Part shown: one piece after another, positions 38,734 to 51,808 of the stretch
Layout: every line of letters starts with the position of its first letter
Position numbering within the stretch: position 1 is the stretch's first letter
DNA from: Eledone cirrhosa
Lineage: Eukaryota
NCBI GenBank assembly: GCA_964016885.1
Contig: OZ024741.1
Location: forward strand, 129,084,001 to 129,148,000
Length of the DNA: 64,000 nt
Direction of reading: 5' to 3'
Made by a program: the position numbers and the translations under genes
The notes under the pieces: model-generated
The model's database searches: none
Told to the model about the DNA's origin: nothing
What the model saw: the letters and a program-made list of their open reading frames with translations, nothing else

Positions 38734-38846
38734 ACCCTAACTCGAGTTTCGGCCACACTTAATGCAGCAAGGGAGCATATCGCATCCGTTATCTGCATTT
38801 ATTATGCAATAATGCACAATTGGTGCATGCAGCTTCATCAGCGGGT
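38734..38846 (-). ncRNA. Hammerhead ribozyme motif with a 68-nt loop-II insertion
   Basis: Minus strand: ACCCg-CUGAUGA-aGCUGCAU...GUGUGGCc-GAA-ACUCGAGU-U-aGGGU. Confidence 0.6.
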
Positions 38847-39839
38847 CTCGCCTAATCAATAATAATCTACTAACAGAATTTGATTCCAGTCCGTGTTGTC
38901 TATGGCAGTAGATGCGACAGGTGACACAGTAGTACAGTAGCAACTGAAATCTGTATGTGCCATCAAAATACTGTCAACCGATTGGCCACTGGTTCAGAAA
39001 TTTATGTGATGGTCAGGAGTTGAGATTCTATGCTTCGGCCCCACCAGAAGTACTCAACCATATCTCAAGTCAAACACAAATTAACAAGTGAGGGAAAATA
39101 TCGGCTATTAGAGAAAATCTGTCTTGAATCGCTGTACAATAGTATGGTAGCATTCGGCTCTTAGTCACCAAGTACCATGGCAAATACGGTGTGACAGAGA
39201 GAGAGAAATATAACAAATCAAAACATGTAGTAAAGGCACTCATATGGAGAGGAGGGAGGGGGGTGGCGGCGTAACAAAAGACATTTCTTATCATAACTGG
39301 AGAGATTGACAGCTGAGGAAGGGAATATTGACACACACACACACACACACATGGGGGCTACTGTAGGGAGGTGCAGATCTTTGGGAATGTTTACACACCC
39401 ACACACAGGCCGATACAAACATACACATGCAGTTATTACAACACCTTTTCTGGACACTGCCCCCTCCCCCCTTCTACCACTTACATCACAAGCTATATGA
39501 GAGCTAAAACAAGAACATCATCATCATTATTAGCTGCAACAACAACTCCAACATCATCATCATCATCAGCTACAAGAAATACTCTTAAAAATTCTAAATT
39601 GTGTTACAACCATTACATTGAGATGTTCTCCCCACCTTCAAAAAAAGTAAATGTATACTTACAGAGCTTCATCATCATCATCATCACCATTATCATCATC
39701 ATCATCCTTCATATAAGGTTTTCATTGTTTTTTTTATCTCATGATAATCATCATCATAGCTATTTATTTCTTTTCAGTGTGAGGGTGTTGTGCATTTGTG
39801 TTTGTATTTGTTTGTATGTGAGTGTTTGTGTGTGTGTGG

Positions 39840-39874
<35 letters not shown>

Positions 39875-40156
39875 TGTGTGTGTGTGTGCATGAGTGGGTT
39901 TGTGTGTGCACACTTCTTTTCTTTCTAGATCACCTCCTCTCAAAATGTATTGAATAATGTTGTTGTTTATGATGGTGGTGCCGGGGTGGGTGGGATATTA
40001 ATGGCTGTATTGGTGGATATACGAAACTGTTGACTGACCAAGTGACCTCTACTACTGGTCACCTCTGGCCATACTAGACATAACCAAATGTGCACTCTTT
40101 CTTCCAATCACACCATCCATGTTAACTGAGTTGTATCTGAGAGACTTGTAGTTTAA

Positions 40157-40909
40157 CCCTTCGATTACAATATTTATAATCAAATACACTTAATTAATAA
40201 AGAATTTGGAGGTATTTTCTAAAATTATTTCATTATTAAATTGGTAGGACGCCTTGCTTTGACGCATAGTGTTACGGCCCTTTCCATTCTTTGTTCAAAT
40301 CCCGCCGAGGTCAACTTTGCCTTTCATCCTTACGGGGGTCGATAAAATAAAGTACCAGTAATGTACTGGATAATTGCTGGCCTTGTGCCAAAAGTAGAAA
40401 CAATTATTAAATTGGGATTTGTAATGTAATTTAACAAAATCTCTCATATTTCAATATCGATTAAGATGGAATGGTCATGCTGGGAGGGAGAATTTGAAAG
40501 AAATTGTGTTGAGCATCAACAGCTCAAGTGGTGTGCTTGTCAGGTTATGTCAAATTATGTTGGAAGATTTAATAGGTTGTTTTGTTTCATAGAACCAGAG
40601 GTGGGTTTTAGACAGGGTTAAAAGATTATTCATTAGTCTAGTTGTTTACCATAAGGATGAGTGTCTTTTGTTACCATATTTCTAATGAAAGACACTGCCT
40701 ATTATTTTCAAATGATTTTGAATATGATAAAAAATTTGGAGGTATCTAGTAATATATTTCTCATTATCAGGCTAGAGTTTGATGTATAATTTAACAAAGG
40801 TTTTTACATAAAATTATGATAGATTTTTAGATAAATATAAACCTTTTAAAATAAACAGTTTTGCATCATAGAACTAGTTGCAGTTTCAAATAGTTTTGTA
40901 TCAAAAGAG
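40157..40909. mobile_element. Two adjacent family E MITE copies, the first interrupted by a SINE
   Basis: TTAA-CCCTT at 40153; AGGG-TTAA at 40617; the second copy ends AAAAGAG-TTAA at 40909-40913. Confidence 0.65.
40245..40404 (+). mobile_element. SINE family A, 5'-truncated
   Basis: TSD ATTATTAAATTGG at 40232-40244 and 40403-40415. Confidence 0.9.
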
Positions 40910-43482
40910 TTAAACTGAGCTACTGTATGTGTAGTTACTTGACCTACTAGAAATAACAGCCAGTTTCTCCTCAAATCATTCTCTATCATCTTAGAAGTGA
41001 TGGCGCCATTGGATAATATGGTCTTCGGTGCACTAGACCTAGGACATTTTTTATCATAGATCTGATTTTCTTGGTCAAGTCTAGCCTAGGTCTGAATAGT
41101 AACAACTCCACCACCACAACATCAACAATATCACCACCACAAGAACATCAACATTACCACCACCACCACAACAACAACAACATTACCACTACCACAACAC
41201 ACCATCACCATATCACCACCATTACAACAACAACATTACCACCACCACAACACAACACCATCACTATATCACCACCACTACAACAACCATCACAACAACA
41301 AGCTGTTAATATGATAATCCTGTGTTGGCTCCTTTACAATTTTGATTACTAGGAGGTTAATTCCATGTCCTCTTTGTTCTCTTGTTGGACCTTTCCAAAT
41401 CCTCATTAGAATTGTTAACACGTTACTTTTTTTTAAGGGTCCTCGTTAGAATGGCAGCCATTTATAAGCCCCCTTTTTAAAAAAGTTCTTCATTTAGTTT
41501 GCTATTGCTTTGGCACATTTTTCAAAATACTCGATAGTATCATTCTTTCAAATAATCCTCCGTGGTAAATCCTATGTCCTTAGCATCTGTGTATCTCCAT
41601 CTCTCTCTTTCTCTGTTTATCTGTCTCTGTCTGATATTCAATGTCTATCTGTCTCTCTCTCTCTCTTCTGGCTGTCTGTCTGGTAGTCTTTATTTCTCCT
41701 TTTTTTCTTTTGTATATTCCACTGCTCTCTATATCCATCCTTTGTCCCTTGGTTCTGCTTTTTGTTCTGAATTCTTCCTTTAGAAAAGACAACACAAAAT
41801 AACATTTATCCATATCTCTCTCTCTCTCTCTCTCTCTCCCCCATTCTATCTAGAGTCACATGGTAGAAAGGTGAAACCAGTGGGTGTCAAGTAGAGCCTG
41901 AAAGAATGAAGTAGTGGGTAGGTGGGTGGGGACAGAGTATTGATAATAATTATCTTTCTCTATTTGAAAACTGATTAAAACACAAATTAGTTTCTCCTTA
42001 ATAGGTTCAGAGTACGTATAAACAAAAAAATATTATGGCTGAACTAGAAGACACTCTAAATAAAGCATACCTACACACACATACACACAAACACACACAT
42101 ACATCTCTTTTGGGTGGCAGTGATTAGATAAATAAGGCCCTACCTATTTTTATAGATGCATATATTCTTTTATTGGTTTCAATGATTAAAATGTGGCCAT
42201 GCTGGGGCACTTTTTATTGGTTTCAGTCAGTTGACTGAGGTTAGGCTAGTGCACATTCTGCTGGCTTCAGTTAGTAGATTGAGGCCATGCTGGAACACCT
42301 TTTATTAGTTTTGGTGTTGAGACTGTGGTAGTGCCTCAGCATGACCACATTTTACCAGGCCATAACAGACATGTTTAAAATTGATTACCTGTGGGAACTC
42401 TTATATGATGATGCCTTTGTACTTAGAGCAGAATCTACAGAAGATCTAAAGAAATTCCAGACATAAAAACAAAACTTAGAACTGAATTCATCGATCAAAT
42501 CAATCAAGATCTCACTATGAGGGGTGGAATTTGTCAAATCAGACCAAAGAAACAATGTCTCCATTGGTCTCTCCATTGCTGATACCATCTACTGGTTGCA
42601 ACTCTTGGCAGAAAGAGCAAGATGAAATAAAATGTCTTGCTCAAGGAAATAATGCATTGCCTGGTCCAGGAATTGAACTCGCAACCTGACAATTGCGAAT
42701 CCAATTTTCTAATTACTAAGCCATGTGCCTTCACAAAAGAGTATTTTAGCATAACTGTGGAGTTTCATGCCAAACTCTGTGTGTGAGAGAGAGAGTCATC
42801 ATCATTTAACATCAATTTTCTCTGCTAACCAGTGTTGGAGAGGGTCGTTACAGACCAAATAAGTACTTGATTGGAACTGCTGACTTTTTAGATGGACTGG
42901 GGATTTCATCTTGCTTATATATGTTCCTGCATTCTATAGAGTCCACTGGGGGCATTTCAACTGAAGAGTCCTCTCGCCCCTCTTGATCCTTTGTTCAGCA
43001 TGTTTTCTACTGCTGGATGCCCTTTCTATCAGTAGCCACTTTACAGAGTGTACTGGGTGCATTTTATTATATTACCAGCACATGGTATGTTTCATATATT
43101 TATTTGGTAAACTGAAAAATGTATGGTGCGTGTGTGTGTCTATGAATATTTCTCTCCTAGTTCACAAAAGCGGTTTATCCCACCCCCAACTATGTTAAAT
43201 ATAATTTGTTTAACTTGTACTTATTGTATTTACAGTTGTATTGTACTCATAGTTCATGTGAGGAGTCTATTATTATGTCACTCTTTTGTTTCTTCCTCGT
43301 TATAATTAACATTATTATATTTGTTATTGAAACATTCCAAAAAATAACAAAGAAAATCCATAAATTTTTATTTCTTCTGGTCTGATAGCAGAAATAAGGA
43401 AGTGCTGTCTGTGACAGAAACAGTAAAATGTTAGACTACTAAATATTCATAATTATCTATCTATCTATCTATCTATATCTAT

Positions 43483-43805
43483 ATCATCATCATTTTACGC
43501 CCGCTTTTCCCTGCTTGCAAGGGTGGGACGGGAACTGATTCTGGCTTGATTTCTACAGCTGGATGCCCTTCCTAACACCAACCTCATTTACAGTGAGCGC
43601 TGGGTGCTTTTTTTCCGTGGCACCTCCACGACCATTTGCAGTAGAATGATAGGACTCCAGTCCTATCATCTCATTTCTACAGCTGAGTAAACTGGAGCAA
43701 TGTGAAATAAAGTGTCTTGCTCAAGGAAACAACACATCACCCGGTCTGAGAATTGAACTCACAACCTTTCGATTGCAAGGCCAATGCTCTAACCATTAAG
43801 CCATG
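43483..43805 (-). mobile_element. SINE family B
   Basis: Reverse complement of 57692-58033. Confidence 0.88.
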
Positions 43806-44301
43806 AGATTACATTCATATTAAAAGGTACAATCAAAAATCAAAAATACAGGTTAAAATACAACATGAAGATAAGCGGTTATATAGTGCAAATGTTATAT
43901 GTGTGGCAAGCACGTGCGTCTTGTTTATATAGTGTGGCAGAGAGATGCGTGTAGTAGAGGCACTTAGGTAGGTAAACAAGAGTGTTAGGTTGGTTGATCT
44001 GGTGGCAAATTCTTTATATGATTGTTATAGTCTGTGTGTGGAGAAATGATATAAGCATTAAAAATAGTGCAAGCATTAAAAATATTAAAAATATATAAAT
44101 ATTGGAGATGCACAGCGAAGTACTTCATGTACTTCGACATTTTCATGGTCAGGGGAGTGTATTTATCGATTATATGCCCCTCACATAATCCACGACAATT
44201 CGATATTGAGCGTTTGACAATCCAGTTAGAGAATCCTAGTCTGATGTTCTTTAGTTCAATACAGGAGGCTGTTACGTTTCGAGAAACGACATTGAATACC
44301 T

Positions 44302-44354
<53 letters not shown>

Positions 44355-44409
44355 TATATGTACATACATACGCACACGTCATCATACATCGTCATTGCTG
44401 TTATTTCAA

Positions 44410-44800
44410 TGTCTGCCTGTACAGAGTGGTTGTTGGCAGCAGATGAACTTCCTGTCAAGCATAACCTGTCATTTCACAAGAATCAAAAATGAAATGCTCC
44501 AGTCTGACCTGATGTTTCCTGAGCACCATGTCTATATGCATATTTGATGTCAGGCGATAGTACATCACGGAAGTGATATAGATGTTAGCTATTTCTGACT
44601 AACTTTTCAGGGACAGCTTCATCTTAGCCTATTTCTGAATGAGACTGGCTGCCCTGCTCAATACCTTTTCCTAGTTTTCATCTGCTGGAGGTCTAGACCA
44701 AGGTAGACACTATAAGTATCTTATGAATTTGCCTCTCTAGATACTGTGTTGCAGGCCCTTTGGCTTGCCACAGATAATGCATACACTTGATACTTCTCCT
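44410..44800 (-). pseudogene. Tx1/L1-clade ORF2 remnant
   Basis: Minus-strand EKVLSRAASLIQK*AKMKLSLKS*SEIANIYITSVMYYRLT...RLEHFIF resembles the L1/Tx1 post-RT region. Confidence 0.6.
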
Positions 44801-45084
44801 GAATGGTACTAGCCATCTTAATTTATTGTGTCTGATACCATAATGGTGACATCAGTCACTTATCTACAGTAGCCAGTCATGGCTCTCATCTCTCCACAAG
44901 AAGCTGCAATGCCAAAACATACAGAAGTGATGAATGGGAGCATCCTTGGTAGTTGTCTGTTCTAAGGCTGGTTCTTATCCACAGTTTCCTTGGCGTTAAG
45001 CAACTGAGAGTACAAGTCTCTCCCTGGACAGGATGCTGGTCTATCACATGATTAACTCCCTAGCTACTGCTGGTACTCACTCTC

Positions 45085-45297
45085 AGCATTTATATTACTC
45101 TATATTTACTATTGTATTTTCACAGTAAGCACTTTACTCACATAATTATCTCACATAATATCAAATCTATGAGATTTTGATATTATTTATTTTAAGAACA
45201 ATACCTTAACATAACTATGAACAGTCGGTTACTGTTGGTTTGAAAGAAAGAGATGAGAAAATTCAGGCCGGATTCAACCGGTTTAAATGCTAAAGGG
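45085..45297. mobile_element. piggyBac-type MITE, family D (left TIR truncated)
   Basis: Body colinear with 280-500; ends in TAAATGCTAAAGGG followed by TTAA. Confidence 0.8.
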
Positions 45298-45641
45298 TTA
45301 AAGCAGCACTGTATTATTGTTGTGTCAGTGCACTGCCTTTCAAATAACTAATAAGAGTTTCTACTTTATGCACACGGTCAACAATTCAAAGGGAAGGGGA
45401 AAGTCAATTAAATTGACCCTAGTGCATTGCTGGTATTTTATTTTTGTCAACTCCATAAGGATGAAAGGCAAACTTAACCCTGGTGGGATTTCAACTCAGT
45501 ACTTAAAGGGCCAAAACTAAATGGCGTGAAGCATGTTGTCCGATGTTCTACCTAAATTAACAATCCGCCGCCATGACAATAATAATAATTGTATAGGTTT
45601 TTTTTCTATAATAATAATAATAATTTGTTTGGCATAAAGCC

Positions 45642-45976
45642 CATCATCATCATCATTTTACGTCCACTTTTCCCTGCTTGCAAGGGTGGGATGTGAACTG
45701 ATTCTGGCTTGATTTCTACAGCTGGATGCCCTTCCTAACACCAACCTCATTTACAGTGAGTGCTGGGTGCTTTTTTGCCGTGGCACCTCCACGACGACTT
45801 TGCAGTGGAATGATAGGGACCCCAGTCCTATCATCTCATTTCTACAGCTGAGTAAACTGGAGCAATGTGAAATAAAGTGTCTTGCTCAAGGAAACAACAC
45901 ATCGCCCGGTCTGAGAATTGAATTCACAACCTTTCGATTGCAAGGCCAATGCTCTAACCACTAAGCCATGTGCCTC
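45642..45976 (-). mobile_element. SINE family B
   Basis: Full-length reverse complement of 57692-58033. Confidence 0.88.
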
Positions 45977-46288
45977 TATAAACCTGTTAAATCAGATTGT
46001 ATCTATTAATATACTTGATGGTTTGATTTCACTAAATTGTGTACGTGTGTCCACATGCATATGTGTGTGTATATATATTTATATACACACACACACACAC
46101 ATGCATATAAGTATACACACATACTTGTATATGCACCCACATGCAAATGAATACCAAGATGTGTATTATATATTTATTTATGCATATATACATGTATACT
46201 TCAATGCATGTACACACAGCTAATTTGTTCCATGTATATCTATATCCATCTATTTATCTATCTATATATATATATCTATATATATATA

Positions 46289-46331
<43 letters not shown>

Positions 46332-46479
46332 GCACATACAGAACAGGTTGTTCTATGTATACCATAAATAGAACAATGAAACATTATCCAAATGAACATT
46401 CTTTAGAAAATGAAATGTGTGTGTTTATGTATGTGTGTAAGTATAATATATATATATATATAGTAATAATAATAAATTT

Positions 46480-46691
46480 GAAGACTAAAATCCAAAGAGG
46501 GCTCGATAAGGATAAATATATATCAAATATATAAGAACCCTAGAGCAAATATTTATTAAAATAACAGATTAAAGTTTAAGCAAAGAATCGCTGCTTTCAC
46601 CCATAACAGGATCTTCCGAGTTTCACAAGATCCCGTTATGGGTGAAAGCAGCGATTCTTTGCTTAAACTTTAATCTGTTATTTTAATAAAT
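46480..46691. mobile_element. Repeat family H copy ending in a near-perfect palindrome with 65-bp arms
   Basis: Arms 46551-46615 and 46627-46691 (one mismatch). Relatives at 22368-22520, 38200-38335 and 46972-47205. Confidence 0.8.
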
Positions 46692-46713
46692 TAATATATA
46701 TATATCATCATTT

Positions 46714-46973
46714 CATCATCATCATTTCATTTTACGTCCACTTTTCCCTGCTTGCAAGGGTGAGACGGGAACTGATTCTGGCTTGATTTCTACAGCTGGA
46801 TGCCCTTCCGAACACCAACCTCATTTACAGTGAGTGCTGGGTGCTTTTTTGCCGTGGCACCTGCACGACCACTTTGCAGTGGAATGATAGGGACCCCAGT
46901 CCTATCATCTCATTTCTACAGCTGAGTAAACTGGAGCAATGTGAAATAAAGTGTCTTGCTCAAGGAAACAACA
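46714..46973 (-). mobile_element. SINE family B, 5'-truncated (no tRNA head)
   Basis: CORE and tail only. Confidence 0.85.
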
Positions 46974-47204
46974 TTGGGAACTCTCTATATATTCAACCCT
47001 TATTGAGTTCTCTTGGGATTTTGGTCTTTAGGCGACACCAAAATTATAATATATATATATATTTATTTATTTATTTATTATTAAAGGTCTAAGCAATGAA
47101 TTTCTACTTTCACCCAAAGTGGGATCATTGGGAACTCTCTATATATTCAACCCTTATTGAGTTCTCTTGGGATTTTGGTCTTTAGCCGACACCAAAAGTA
47201 TAAT

Positions 47205-47745
47205 AGCTAGAATAAGGATAGGATGGAAGAGGTTTAGAGAGCTACTCTCACTGTTGACAACAAAAGTTTTCTCCCTACGTTCAAAAGGACAACTGCATGA
47301 TGCCTGTGTGTGAAGCGTGATGCTGCATGGTAGTGAAACATGGGCTGTAACTGCAGTGGACGTGTAGACTGGCGAGAAATGAAGCAACCATGCTTTGTTG
47401 GATGTGCAATGTAAGTGTGAGAGAAAGGCAGAGCTTGGATGAGCTGAGGGAGAAGCTGGGTTTTAGAAGAATCTGAGGAGGTGGGCAGGACAGAAGACTA
47501 CATTGGTAAAGACATGTGATATACATGGACAATGCCCACTGGGTGAAGAAATGCTAGGAAATCTCAGTGGAAGGAAGCCGCAGTAGAAGACCAAGAAAAA
47601 CCTGAGCAGAGGTTGTGAGAGCTGACCTAAAATCTCTAAGCCTGGCAGGGAAGATGATGAAGGAACGCAACAAGTGGGGAGATGCCATCCTTAGAAGGAC
47701 ACATTCAAGCATGGAAAAATGGACATAAAATCGATGATGATGATA
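47205..47745 (+). pseudogene. Decayed RTE 3' fragment
   Basis: ARIRIGWKRFRELL...MLHGSETW...RRPRKT with stops and frameshifts; (GAT)n tail. Confidence 0.85.
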
Positions 47746-48754
47746 TATATATATAAACATATGTATATAATTATTTAATACCCATTTTCCCTGATATATA
47801 ATAATAATAATAATAAAATAAAGTGGTTTGGCTGCAGTCTAATGACAGAAACCAGTAAAAGTGTGTGTGTGTGTGTGTGTGTGTGTGAGAGAAAATGAAA
47901 AATATCTTGTTACATTTCCGCTAATAGATTTTTTTTACCTTAATTAGCTTACACGCAACAATACAAGGAAAAAAACAAACAAACTAAAATACATGCTACT
48001 AAAGAGACTGTATCATACACTGCTTAATAATGTAATGTTTTCCTTGTTAGTAAGTTAGTTAGTTAGCAACCACTACTACTACCACCAGCAGCAGCATCAC
48101 AGTTGCTGTGGTACATAGAAGGGGCGGGGTTATTTGGTGGGATATAGGGGTGTTTAATTGGTGTGTTAGGAGCTGGGACCTCATTTGGTGTGTTAGGGGT
48201 ATGGAGTCATATGGTGGGGTATGCCATAGGGGTGGTAGTTTATTTGGTGGGGTAGGAGGTTGAGGGGGGGGGGTCATTTTGTGGGGTTTGAGGGGTGTTT
48301 TTTTTTTTAGTATGTTAAGGGTGGTCAGTCATTTGGGGGGCCTATGAGGGGTGTGTATTTGGACTTTAGCTACACCCCCTTCCTCATGTAACTTTTCATG
48401 GGGTCATTGTGGTGGGGGTGGTTCCGTAGTAAAAGCATGTGTTGGGCATTTTAAACCTGCTGGAGCTCATCCCCTTTTTAGGTTTAAACACAATTGTTAG
48501 GGTTAAGGGGTTAAAAACCAGTGATAGAAAGGAAATGAGAAAGAGATATAGAAGAAGAATCTCCCCTCGCCAGTACTGAATTGGTACTCTTTTTTTATCA
48601 ACCTCGAAAGGATGAAAGGCTGTTTTTTGATCTTGCTAGGATTTGAACTCAGAGAATGCAGAGAACTGAAATGAATACCACAAAGCATTGTATACTGTAT
48701 TCTAAATAACCCTAACCTGATTCTGCCTTTTCATTGCTTTATTTTGGGATGTTA

Positions 48755-49050
48755 GGGTGATGTTTATTTGGAGGGCTAGGACTGGTGAGGTTTAATTTGA
48801 GGGTTAGGATAACACCAATATATTTGGAGGTGGGAGGGTGAGGTTTATTTGGAGGGCTAGGACAACCCCACTGGTGAGGTTTATTTGGAGGGCTAGGACA
48901 ACACCAATATATTTGGTGGGTTAGGACAACATCAATATATTTGGGGGTGTTAAAGTGATGTTTATTTGGAGGGCTAAGACAACACCAATCTATACGGATG
49001 GTGATGGGGTGAGATTTATTTGGAAAGTTAGGACAACACCAATATAATCA
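48755..49050. repeat. Degenerate repeat with TTTATTTGGAGGGCTAGGACAACACCAA core
   Basis: About ten recurrences of the core. Confidence 0.75.
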
Positions 49051-49855
49051 TCCCATCACTACCACAAAAACATAACTGATAGGCACACACACACACACAC
49101 ACACCACTCGTATATTCCACGCTTACCTCACGAGGTCTCATGCATAAACAGACACATACATGTATACATAGACACACACATATCTTCCACACAAACATAT
49201 ATACATAGACTCGGATATACACACACACACATGGCCACAAACATTTATAAACACGACACACACACACACATACATATATGTATATACGCACATACACATA
49301 TCTCCCATACACAGACACACATGTATCACATGTATTCACACACACAGACATATAAACACAAACGCACATCATACACAGACTTACAAACACACACATGCAT
49401 TGTAAAGCCATACACATACATAAGCACTGTAAAAAGAATTCTGATAAACTGTACGCACATATATACTCACACACATATATGCACACATACATACACATAC
49501 ATACACACATACACACTCATACACCTTCCACACACATACCCCCTCCAAATACATACCCCTTCCACACACATACCCCCTCCACACACAACACACACAATGT
49601 AAATACATTCTAATAACAAACTCTCTTGAATAAACAGAAAAGAGGAAAAGTTAAGTAAAGAAAAAAAAAACACGCAAATAAAAATGAACAAAAGAATGAC
49701 ATAAAGATCGTTGGTAGAGGTTGATGTCCCGGGCCTGCTGCCGTTGGTGGCAGTGTAATGTGCTAGGGTTTGTTGAATGTTTTACACTCAGAGAAAATAT
49801 CGTTCTGTCAGGAATAAACCTGTCTCAACTTGAGCCCTGCACTTTGCTACTTATA

Positions 49856-49874
49856 GTCTGTCTGTTTGTTTGTG

Positions 49875-49909
<35 letters not shown>

Positions 49910-51060
49910 GTCTCTGTCTGTCTGTGTGTGTATTTGTATGTATGTCTGTCTGTTTATGTGTTTGTATGTATGTCTGTCGGTTTGTGTGTGTGTTTGTATG
50001 TCTGTCGGTTTGTGTGTTTGTATGTATGTCTGTCGGTTTGTGTGTGTGTTTGTATGTCTGTCGGTTTGTGTGTTTGTATGTATGTCTGTCGGTTTGTGTG
50101 TGTGTTTGTATGTCTGTCGGTTTGTGTGTTTGTATGTATGTCTGTCGGTTTGTGTGTTTGTATGTATGTCTGTCGGTTTGTGTGTGTGTTTGTATGTCTG
50201 TCGGTTTGTGTGTTTGTATGTATGTCTGTCGGTTTGTGTGTTTGTATGTATGTATGTCTGTCGGTTTGTGTGTGTGTTTGTATGTCTGTCGGTTTGTGTG
50301 TTTGTATGTATGTCTGTCGGTTTGTGTGTTTGTATGTATGTCTGTCGGTTTGTGTGTTTGTATGTATGTCTGTCGGTTTGTGTGTTTGTATGTATGTCTG
50401 TCGGTTTGTGTGTGTGTTTGTATGTCTGTCGGTTTGTGTGTGTGTTTGTATGTCTGTCGGTTTGTGTGTTTGTATGTATGTCTGTCGGTTTGTGTGTGTG
50501 TTTGTATGTCTGTCGGTTTGTGTGTTTGTATGTATGTCTGTCGGTTTGTGTGTGTGTATGTATGTCTGTCGGTTTGTGTGTGTGTTTGTATGTCTGTCGG
50601 TTTGTGTGTTTGTATGTATGTCTGTCGGTTTGTGTGTGTGTGTGTTTGTATGTCTGTCGGTTTGTGTGTGTGTTTGTATGTCTGTCGGTTTGTGTGTGTG
50701 TTTGTATGTCTGTCGGTTTGTGTGTGTGTTTGTATGTCTGTCGGTTTGTGTGTGTGTTTGTATGTATGTCTGTCGGTTTCTGTGTGTGTTTGTATGTCTG
50801 TCTGTTTGTTTGATTGTCTGTCTGTCTGTCTGTTTGTGTGTGTGTTTGTCTCTGTCTGTCTGTCTGTCTGTGTGTGTTTGTATGTCTGTCTGTTTGTATG
50901 TGTGTTTGTCTGTGTCTGTTTGTGTGTGTGTTTGTATGTCTGTCTGTTTGTATGTCTGTCAGTTTGTGTGTTTGTGTGTCTCTTTGTGCATGTGTCTGTT
51001 AGTGTGTCTCTGTTCTTGTGTGTATGTGTGCACATGTGTGTGTGTGTGTGTGTGTATGTG
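49856..51060. repeat. TG-derived compound repeat with a 26/28-bp higher-order unit
   Basis: GTCTGTCGGTTTGTGTG(TG)TTTGTAT(GTAT) repeated through about 49970-50780. Confidence 0.95.
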
Positions 51061-51774
51061 CATAAATGTGTATGTGTGCACGTGTATATGTATCATCATC
51101 ATTTAATGTCCATTTTCCATGCTAGCATGGGTAGGACAGGTTGTCCCGTTGTGAGAGATCAGGTTGGGGACCGTGATTCGCTCACACAGAACTGATTTTG
51201 GCTTAGTTTCTATGGCTGATGCCCTTCTTAACACCAACCACATTTACAGTGCTTGCTGGGTGCTTTTTGTCATGACACCTACACAACCATTTTACATTGT
51301 AAGCTAGGCACTTTTTGTCGTGTCACCAACATGACCATTTTACAGTGGGCTATGCACTTTTGTCGTGGATTCAGAGGAACCACTTTAGTGTGGGGTAGGG
51401 GTGGAGAAGATGCCTAAAGAGTTGGGTAGGTAGGTATAGGGGTGGCATGATTACAGCAAGGGAGGTGTATGGGAGGGGTAACGGTAGGGAAGGTGTTGCA
51501 TCCTAGATATATACCTCAGCTTGTGCATATGGGAAGGTGGGTCTTCTGTAATACTACGTAGCGCCAGAGATCAGTCTTGTGTCATCACCTTAGCGAGGTA
51601 TAATTTTGCAAAGTTGGCTTTTATTACCTCATCCCAAGTCTTCCTAGACCTGGCCACTCCATGACTTTTGTCAACTTGGAGCATTGCACCTTTTTATACA
51701 ACTGTCCTCCTTCATACACATCACTTGTCCACACCAATACAATCTCCTCTCCTGCACACTGCATTTAATACCTC

Positions 51775-51808
<34 letters not shown>

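Noticed and set aside
39485-39503. In-frame TGA as selenocysteine if spliced from 49127
   Set aside because: No SECIS recognised; the phase-2 reading is open and simpler.
49721-51195. 315-461 aa ORFs on both strands
   Set aside because: Translations of a TG-derived repeat (V/C/L/Y or H/T/Q only).
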